Of a DNA stretch of 64,000 nt, positions 57,644-64,000 are shown piece by piece (positions within the stretch are counted from its first letter, which is position 1; the number at the start of each line of letters is the position of its first letter). This DNA comes from Candidatus Multivoradales bacterium (lineage in GTDB: Bacteria; Acidobacteriota; Thermoanaerobaculia; Multivoradales; JAHEKO01), in NCBI GenBank assembly GCA_965223155.1, contig CBDCVR010000014.1, forward strand, positions 32,001-96,000, in the 5' to 3' direction. Under the pieces are notes generated by a model. That model had not been told where the DNA came from. It ran no database searches and saw only the letters and a program-made list of their open reading frames with translations. The position numbers and the translations under genes were made by a program.

Positions 57644-59005
57644 TCAGTCGATGTAGCCGAGCGCCTTCAGCGCCTCGACGTCGTCCTCGGTCAGAGTCGG
57701 CGGCGGCAGCTCGTCGGCCGCGGCCAGCCCCTTCTTCACTTCTGAGAGCCAGGTCAAGAGCTCGGGCGAGGCCATCTTGGAGAGCGGGCTCAAGTTCTTG
57801 GTCTCGCCCGGATCCGCGGAGAGATCGAACTCCCGGCGCCGGCCGTTCACGACCCGAAGCACCTCCTTGCGGTCTTCGAAGACCCTGCCCACCTCCAGCA
57901 GGCCGCGCTCGCGCAGACCTTCGATGTCTTCCTTGGGCTCGACCGAAGCTCGATGGGCCTGGTGCCAGGTCACCCGGTCGGCTGCCGGCTGGGTCTCGCC
58001 ACGCAGCACCGGGCTCCAGTCGACGCCGCGGAAGTGCCCGGGCACCGGCAGGCCGGCCAGCCCCAGCACGGTCGGGCCAATGTCCAGAATCGAAGCGGGC
58101 TCATCGATACGGCTGGGTCCAAGCCCGCCGGGCCAGACGAAGGCCATCGGCACCCGCAGGGTCACGTCGTAGATGTGGCGCCCGTGCCCCCAGTAGCCAT
58201 GCTCGCCCAGGCTCTCGCCGTGGTCGGCGACGAACACCACCAGCGTGTCGTCCAGATCGACCCGCTCGCCCACCCCCTCCAGAAACTCGGCGATGCGCTC
58301 GTCCACGTAGGCGATTTCGCTGGCGTAGCGCTTACGGGCCGAGAAGAACGTGCCCCCGGCCTTGATCCCCAACTGCGGCAAGTACTCCTTGCGCAGGCGG
58401 TACGGCGCGTGCGGCTCGACGTAGTGCACCCAGAGCAGAAAGGGCCGATCGGCGCCGTCCTCGACGTGGCCGTCCAGCCAGTCCAGGGCCGCCGAGCTCA
58501 GATCGCCTGCCGTCGATTCGCTCTTGGCCAGACCGAACCAGCGCTTGCGGTCGAGCAACGCCTCATAGGCCGAGAAGTGCTCGTCCAGGCCCGAAAGCTC
58601 GGGCTTCAACGTCCAGTTGCCGACGAAACCGGCGGTGGCGTAACCGCGCCGCTCCAAGATGCTGGCGAAGGAAACCAGATTGGGGCGCATGCGCAAGCCG
58701 TTCCGGGACGAGCCGTGCTCGTGCGGGTAGAGCGAGGTCATGACCGAGCACATGGCGGGCGCGGTCAACGGCGCCGGCGTGCGGGCGGCGGTGAAATAGC
58801 CGCCGGTCTGGAGTAGCCGATCCAGATGCGGGCTGGTCTCGCGCTCGTAGCCATAGAGCGACATGAAATCGGTGCGCAGGGTATCGACCGAGATCAAGAC
58901 GACGCTGGGCGATCCGGCAGCGGCGACCGAGCCTGTACCCAAGACGGCGCCGAGGGCCAGCATCCAGGCCACAAGTCGCAGGTGGGCTCCGACGGGCGTC
59001 CGCAT
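57644..59005 (-). CDS. Sulfatase-like hydrolase (alkaline phosphatase superfamily), secreted
   Basis: SVDTLR, HYVEPHAPY, ADHGESLGEH and LKALGYI motifs. Confidence 0.88.
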   Translation of the reverse strand: MRTPVGAHLRLVAWMLALGAVLGTGSVAAAGSPSVVLISVDTLRTDFMSLYGYERETSPHLDRLLQTGGYFTAARTPAPLTAPAMCSVMTSLYPHEHGSSRNGLRMRPNLVSFASILERRGYATAGFVGNWTLKPELSGLDEHFSAYEALLDRKRWFGLAKSESTAGDLSSAALDWLDGHVEDGADRPFLLWVHYVEPHAPYRLRKEYLPQLGIKAGGTFFSARKRYASEIAYVDERIAEFLEGVGERVDLDDTLVVFVADHGESLGEHGYWGHGRHIYDVTLRVPMAFVWPGGLGPSRIDEPASILDIGPTVLGLAGLPVPGHFRGVDWSPVLRGETQPAADRVTWHQAHRASVEPKEDIEGLRERGLLEVGRVFEDRKEVLRVVNGRRREFDLSADPGETKNLSPLSKMASPELLTWLSEVKKGLAAADELPPPTLTEDDVEALKALGYID

Positions 59006-59112
59006 CGCGCGCGGAATCTACCAAAATTCGGGTTGGAGCCAAGATCCCACAGGGTAAAGGCGAGTTCCCTCCCCGACACGCCCTGGTGACCGCTTCTATA
59101 GAGAGTGGCCTG

Positions 59113-59391
59113 CTAGCCCGTCTTGGAACTACCCCCTAGCCTACGGCCCAAGCCACTTTCCAAGTCTTCGAACAGGGACTTCAACGCAAGGGCGACTTCG
59201 CCGCTTCCTTTGTAGTCGATGTCGAAGACTGCCGGACAGTGAGGCGTCCTGCATTCAATCGACGGGCTTGCCGAAAGTTCGACTAGGGTAGTCCAGATCC
59301 TGACGCCGCACCTCGGGCACTCGATGTCAAAGCCCAGATCCGGCCCACGCTTGTCAAGTCGGAGGATTTGGTTCCTGGGAGAAGCTTGCAT
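59113..59391 (-). CDS. Small hypothetical Zn-ribbon protein
   Basis: CPRC...CRTPHC; AAAGGA upstream; lower GC than the flanks. Confidence 0.5.
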   Translation of the reverse strand: MQASPRNQILRLDKRGPDLGFDIECPRCGVRIWTTLVELSASPSIECRTPHCPAVFDIDYKGSGEVALALKSLFEDLESGLGRRLGGSSKTG

Positions 59392-59548
59392 TTCCATTCC
59401 TTTCTGCACGTCAAACGTGCCATTTACGGGCTCCCCCCCTGTGAGACAAGCAATATCAGCCGCCTGGAGGAAACGCAAATCGAAGCTCTTGCTTTCATTA
59501 CACAACGATTCGTCTAGCCGGCCCGACCTCGGCTAGGCTCTGGCCCCA

Positions 59549-60649
59549 ATGTCCGATCAACCGTCCGATCCAGTGTCCGAGCGGCATCCGGATCAGCCCG
59601 CCGCTTCCCGGTCCACAGGTAGACGGTCGCGCTGGCTTCGGCGGGCCGTCCAGATCATGATCGCGGCGGTGGCACTGGGCCTGGCCTGGAGGCTCTTCGG
59701 CTCGCTGTCACTCGAAGAGCTCGCCGAGCGGATCGGCAACGCCCAGCCGTCGCTTCTGGCGCTGGGGGCGGCCGCCCTGATCGGACGCTGGGCCGCCTGG
59801 CAGTCCCGTTGGGGCGTCAACCTGACCGCGGCCGGGCACCGGGTGCCGACCCTGGAGCGGGGCGCCGCGTTGCTGGCGGCCGTGTTTGTCAACCACGTGG
59901 CTCTGCGCTTCTTCGGCATCGTCTTCCGGGCCCGCTATCTGGCGGCTCGCACCGGCCGGGCCTTCGCCACCCACCTGGCCGTCGTCCTGGTCGATCAGGC
60001 CACGCACCACGGCGCCACCGGCATCTACACGCTCCTGTGCGGCAGCTACGTCGCCTTCCGGCTGGGCTGGCGCCTGATCGGATTCGGCCTGCTGGCTCTC
60101 CTGATTCTGGCCCTCGTGGCGTTGCCCCTGATCTTGAGCCAGCATCACCGAGCCCGCGCCCTTGCCGGATGGCTCGCTCAGCGGGCCGAGCGCAAGCAGC
60201 ACGGTGCCGGTGTCCTGGAAGGCAGCGCCGAGCTGCCCCGTCTCTTCGGCGATCTCCTGGCTCAACCGCGCCGGGTCGCTCGCTGCTTCGGGCTGACCTT
60301 CCTTCTCATCGGTGCCAACGTTTTCGGCCAGTGGTTGCTGTTTCGGGCACTGGGGATCGAGTTGCCCCTGGTGCTGGTCGCCGCGGTCACCGGTCTCGGA
60401 ACCCTGGCCGGGACCATCAGCGGCTTGCCCGGCGGCCTGGGGCCGATGGAAGTCGCTCTGGTCAGCGGCTACGAGCTTCTTGGAGTCGGTCGCGCCGACG
60501 CGCTCGCCGGCGTTCTCCTGTTTCGCGGGCTCCACTACCTGCTGGTTCTGGCCCTGGGCCTGCCTGCGTTTCTGGCCCTGGAGCTGGGCGGCAACGGGCG
60601 AACGCGCGACTCAGAGGGCCAGTCCCGAGCGCTCGACGACCAGCCCTAG
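59549..60649 (+). CDS. Lysylphosphatidylglycerol synthase TM / flippase-like membrane protein
   Basis: Multiple TM helices, PGGLGPME and LLFR motifs. Confidence 0.85.
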   Translation: MSDQPSDPVSERHPDQPAASRSTGRRSRWLRRAVQIMIAAVALGLAWRLFGSLSLEELAERIGNAQPSLLALGAAALIGRWAAWQSRWGVNLTAAGHRVPTLERGAALLAAVFVNHVALRFFGIVFRARYLAARTGRAFATHLAVVLVDQATHHGATGIYTLLCGSYVAFRLGWRLIGFGLLALLILALVALPLILSQHHRARALAGWLAQRAERKQHGAGVLEGSAELPRLFGDLLAQPRRVARCFGLTFLLIGANVFGQWLLFRALGIELPLVLVAAVTGLGTLAGTISGLPGGLGPMEVALVSGYELLGVGRADALAGVLLFRGLHYLLVLALGLPAFLALELGGNGRTRDSEGQSRALDDQP

Positions 60650-61957
60650 GCTGGCCGCGGCCCGGCGGCGGATCTCCGCCAGATCCTGGCCGACCAGAGC
60701 GCCGCCCAGGACTCTGGCCTCGCCGCCGACGTAGACGTCGCGCACGGCGGCGCGGGTGGCGCTGAAGGTCACCAGATCATGCGGATCGACGGTCTCGTGC
60801 GCCACTAGCTCGGGGCCGGAGGCCTCCAGGACGACCAGATCGGCCGCCTTGCCGACTTCGATCGAACCGATCTGGTCCGACCACCCAATGGCCCGCGCCC
60901 CGTCGCTGGTCGCCAGGCGCAAGGCGGTTGCACCGTCGAGCGAGCCCGGTCCACGCTCCAAGCTCTGAAGCAGGGCCGCCAGGCGGATCTCTTCGAGGCC
61001 GTCCAGATCGTTGTTGCAGGGGGCGCCGTCGGCGCCAATCCCCACCGGGATACCCTCGGCGACGAGATCCACGACCGGCGCGATGCCTGAGCCCAGCTTC
61101 AAGTTCGAGCTCGGACAGTGGACGACCCCAAAAGGCGCGTCCGCGACCCGGCCGCGATGTTCCGCGGTCAGCCAGACACCGTGCGCGATCGAAAGCTCGC
61201 GATCCAAGAGACCGTGCTCGGCAAAGTAGACGATCTCGTCGCAGCCCTTGCTGGCCTGGACCGCGGCGCCCTCCTCCCGCTGCTCCAAGGCATGGGTGTG
61301 AACCGCCCAGCGGCGGGCCTCGGCCAGCTCGCGAATCCCGTCCCAAAGCGCGTCCGAGCAACTCAAGATGAACCTCGGGTTGAGCGCGTAGCACAGTCGT
61401 CCGGGGTCGCGTCGCTCGAAGTCTTCTCCCAGAGCCAGCGTCCGGTCGAGCACGGCATCTGTGGTCCCGGCCAGCCCCTCAGGCATGCCCTCGCCGCCGT
61501 CCATCAGGCACATGCCGGCGCGAGCGCGCAGGCCCGAATCGGCGATGCCGGCCAGAAGGCCCTCGGCCCCCGGCCCTAGACCGATGTCTTGAACCGTCGT
61601 GGTGCCGCCTAGCAGGCACTCCGCCGCTCCCAGCCGGGCGCTCCAGTAGGCGCTCTCATCATCGTGGGCGGCTTCGAGCGGCCAGATCCGCTCTCGCAAC
61701 CAGGCCAGGAGCCGGCGCCCCTCGCCCAGGCCCCGAAACAGCGTCTGCCCCAGATGCACGTGCCCCTGAATGAGACCCGGCAGCACGATGCAGCCAGCGC
61801 AGTCGGCAACCGTTGCGCCCTCGGCAAGGGCCGGGTCGCTCCCGATCGCGGCCAAGCGGCCGTCCTCGATCCGCACCGACGCCGACTCGAAGACCGTGGC
61901 CTCGGGGTCCAGAGTCAGGACCCGGGCGCCCATCAAGACCAAAGGATCGGAGCTCAC
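60611..61957 (-). CDS. Metal-dependent amidohydrolase (5'-deoxyadenosine/MTA-SAH deaminase-like)
   Basis: PGLIQGHVHL, HTHALE, AHGVW, HCPSSNLKLGSG and GADG motifs. Confidence 0.9.
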   Translation of the reverse strand: MSSDPLVLMGARVLTLDPEATVFESASVRIEDGRLAAIGSDPALAEGATVADCAGCIVLPGLIQGHVHLGQTLFRGLGEGRRLLAWLRERIWPLEAAHDDESAYWSARLGAAECLLGGTTTVQDIGLGPGAEGLLAGIADSGLRARAGMCLMDGGEGMPEGLAGTTDAVLDRTLALGEDFERRDPGRLCYALNPRFILSCSDALWDGIRELAEARRWAVHTHALEQREEGAAVQASKGCDEIVYFAEHGLLDRELSIAHGVWLTAEHRGRVADAPFGVVHCPSSNLKLGSGIAPVVDLVAEGIPVGIGADGAPCNNDLDGLEEIRLAALLQSLERGPGSLDGATALRLATSDGARAIGWSDQIGSIEVGKAADLVVLEASGPELVAHETVDPHDLVTFSATRAAVRDVYVGGEARVLGGALVGQDLAEIRRRAAASLGLVVERSGLAL

Positions 61958-63774
61958 TCGGCCTCCCTGATCGGGTTCCCGGGCGCGTCCCCGAGCGCTT
62001 CTTGGGCAAAGACCGACCAGCTCCGGACGCGGGGCTCGCGCCGGGCCCGCATCAGGCCGGCCGCGGCTTCCAGGGCCAGCCAGACCGCCAGTATCAGAAG
62101 GATGCAGCCGACGGCGAAGAGAACCAAACCGCCCTCGTGCCGCTGCCGCCAGAAGGCGCCAAGGTTGGCGGTCATGGCCACCAGGGTCGAGCCCAGCATG
62201 AACGCCATCGGCACTCCCGTAAACCAGGGATTGCGGCCGCGCTGCACCAGATAGAGGGTCACGACCATGAGCGCCAGGCCCGCCAGGAGCTGATTGGTGG
62301 TGCCAAAGAGCTGCCAGAGCGCCAGGCCCGCCGGCCGGCCGCCGATCTCGTAGAAGGCGAAAAACGCGATCACTCCGACCGCCAAGCCGGAGGCCACGAA
62401 GCGGTTGTCGAGCACGCGCCAGCCCAGGGTCTCGCCGATCTCCGAGATGTTGAAGCGCAGGAGGCGAGTCGCCGAATCGAGGGAGGTAAGCGCGAAGGAA
62501 ACCACCACCGCGGCTATGAAGGCGGTCGCCAGCCGCATGCTCACCGGGCCCAGGGCCTCGACGAAGCCGGCGGCACCGGTGATGAAGACGCCGATCTTGG
62601 CTCCCAACGACTGCATGGATCCCCAGTCGTGGTAGGTGGCCTGCCAGACCTCGCTCGCGGTCACGAGACCGTTGCCGCTGGCTCCGACAACTCCGGCGGT
62701 ACAGGCCAGAACCGCCAGCAGGCCCAGGAGCGACTCGCCGATCATGCCGCCGTAGCCGATGGCGCGGGCATCCGTTTCCGAGGCGATCTGCTTCGCCGTC
62801 GTGCCCGATGACACCAGCGAATGGAAGCCGCTGGCGGCCCCGCAGGCGATGATGATGAAGACGAAGGGGAAGAAGCTGGGCGCGCCCTCGGGATCCGCCC
62901 GAAAGGCCGGAGCCACGAACTCCGGACGGGAGACGAAGAACCCCAGGTAGGCCAGGCCCAGGCCCAGATAGAGCATCAGGGAATTCAGGAAGTCCCGAGC
63001 CTGAAGCAGGCTCCAGACCGGCAGCACCGAGGCCGCGAACGAGTAGACCAGGAGCACCACCATCCAGCCGCCAAGGCCCGGCCAGGCGGCTCGATCCAGA
63101 CCCAAGAGCGGCCAGCGCACGCCCACTCCCACCGAGGCCATCATCAGGAGAAAGCCGACGATCGTGGTCGGCAGCAACGGAAAGGACTTTCGGTACAGCA
63201 GGTAGCCCATCGCCAGAGCGAGAACGATGAGAACCGCGGAGGGCAGAACCGCGGTCGGAAAGGACGCCGGATCCGCCAAAGGCTGCTCCGGGTCCCAGCG
63301 CTCGCTGATCGAAAAGAGGACGGCGATGACGTAGACGAAGACCCCCATGGCCAAGGCCACGCCGAAGAAGATGATGAGATGGAACAGGGTCTTGGCGCGG
63401 GCGCCGACGATGCCCTCGGTCACCTTACCGATCGACATGCCGCGGGCGCGCATGCTGACCACGAGCGAGCCGAAGTCGTGCACGCAGCCCACCAGGACCG
63501 CACCCAGGACCACCCACAGCATCGCCGGCAGCCAGCCCCAGATGACCGCCACCGCCGGACCCAGCATCGGCGAGAGGCCGGTGATCGAGGCCCAGTGGTG
63601 CCCGAAGAGCACCACCCGGCGGGTGGGAACGTAATCGACGCCGTCGGGAGCGACCCGCGCCGGAGTCGGACGGTTCGGATCCAGGACGAAGACCCGTCGG
63701 GCCAGATGGCGCGAGTAGAACCAATAGCCCAGAAAGTAGCCGAGAAAGCACAGGGCGGTGGCGAACGCGGCCAT
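61954..63774 (-). CDS. cstA: Carbon starvation protein A family transporter
   Basis: DGVDYVPT, FGHHWASI, IACGAASGFHSL, YGGMIGE and LFGTTNQLLA motifs. Confidence 0.92.
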   Translation of the reverse strand: MAAFATALCFLGYFLGYWFYSRHLARRVFVLDPNRPTPARVAPDGVDYVPTRRVVLFGHHWASITGLSPMLGPAVAVIWGWLPAMLWVVLGAVLVGCVHDFGSLVVSMRARGMSIGKVTEGIVGARAKTLFHLIIFFGVALAMGVFVYVIAVLFSISERWDPEQPLADPASFPTAVLPSAVLIVLALAMGYLLYRKSFPLLPTTIVGFLLMMASVGVGVRWPLLGLDRAAWPGLGGWMVVLLVYSFAASVLPVWSLLQARDFLNSLMLYLGLGLAYLGFFVSRPEFVAPAFRADPEGAPSFFPFVFIIIACGAASGFHSLVSSGTTAKQIASETDARAIGYGGMIGESLLGLLAVLACTAGVVGASGNGLVTASEVWQATYHDWGSMQSLGAKIGVFITGAAGFVEALGPVSMRLATAFIAAVVVSFALTSLDSATRLLRFNISEIGETLGWRVLDNRFVASGLAVGVIAFFAFYEIGGRPAGLALWQLFGTTNQLLAGLALMVVTLYLVQRGRNPWFTGVPMAFMLGSTLVAMTANLGAFWRQRHEGGLVLFAVGCILLILAVWLALEAAAGLMRARREPRVRSWSVFAQEALGDAPGNPIREAE

Positions 63775-63779
63775 TCCGG

Positions 63780-64000
63780 CTAGTCCGGGATCGTCAGCGA
63801 TCGACCGCTGTCGGAAGCGTCCAGCGCCAACAGAAACGGGACCGCCCGGCGCGCCCACTCGGCCGGCGCCGGATGCGCGGCGGCGGCGTCCCCCCAGGCG
63901 GTCCGGAGCATGTCGGTGTCGATCACCCCGGGGCTCAAAGGCACCGCCACCATGCCCTCGGGCAGGGCCAGGGCCAGGGACTTGGTCAAACCCTCGAGAC
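63780..64000 (-). CDS. SDR oxidoreductase, C-terminal part (5' end off-window)
   Basis: EGLTKSLA...VPLSPGVIDTDML. Confidence 0.8.
   Translation of the reverse strand, partial: LEGLTKSLALALPEGMVAVPLSPGVIDTDMLRTAWGDAAAAHPAPAEWARRAVPFLLALDASDSGRSLTIPD

Overview
The window looks like a composite of two unrelated bacterial DNA fragments joined at about 45069/45070. The left part (1-45069; roughly 60% GC by eye, strong Shine-Dalgarno sites) has an IS200/IS605 element that interrupts a Trypco2-like gene, an orphan XRE antitoxin and a DUF4258/DUF2283 pair. It also has many redox enzymes (LLM, PPOX, two GMCs, SDRs), a DZR-cyclase-AAA-TPR protein, DUF3015/DUF4105, a two-component system with an acidic secreted protein, aat, gpmI and a sugar ABC transporter. 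This gene content resembles Ca. Entotheonella/Tectomicrobia (inference only). Three left-part genes carry single-base frameshifts. The right part (45070-64000; roughly 70% GC by eye, several leaderless-style starts) has a MacAB-like exporter, AddAB, a beta-barrel protein, a PLP enzyme, a sulfatase-like protein, a flippase-like protein, an amidohydrolase and cstA. No rRNA, tRNA or CRISPR array was seen. The best candidates for undescribed systems are the acidic secreted protein plus acidic-loop kinase module (27.1-30.3 kb), the GMC / Fe-S-beta-barrel fusion operon (9.9-14.0 kb) and the IS-disrupted Trypco2 locus at the left edge. All family calls come from motif recognition; no database search was run.
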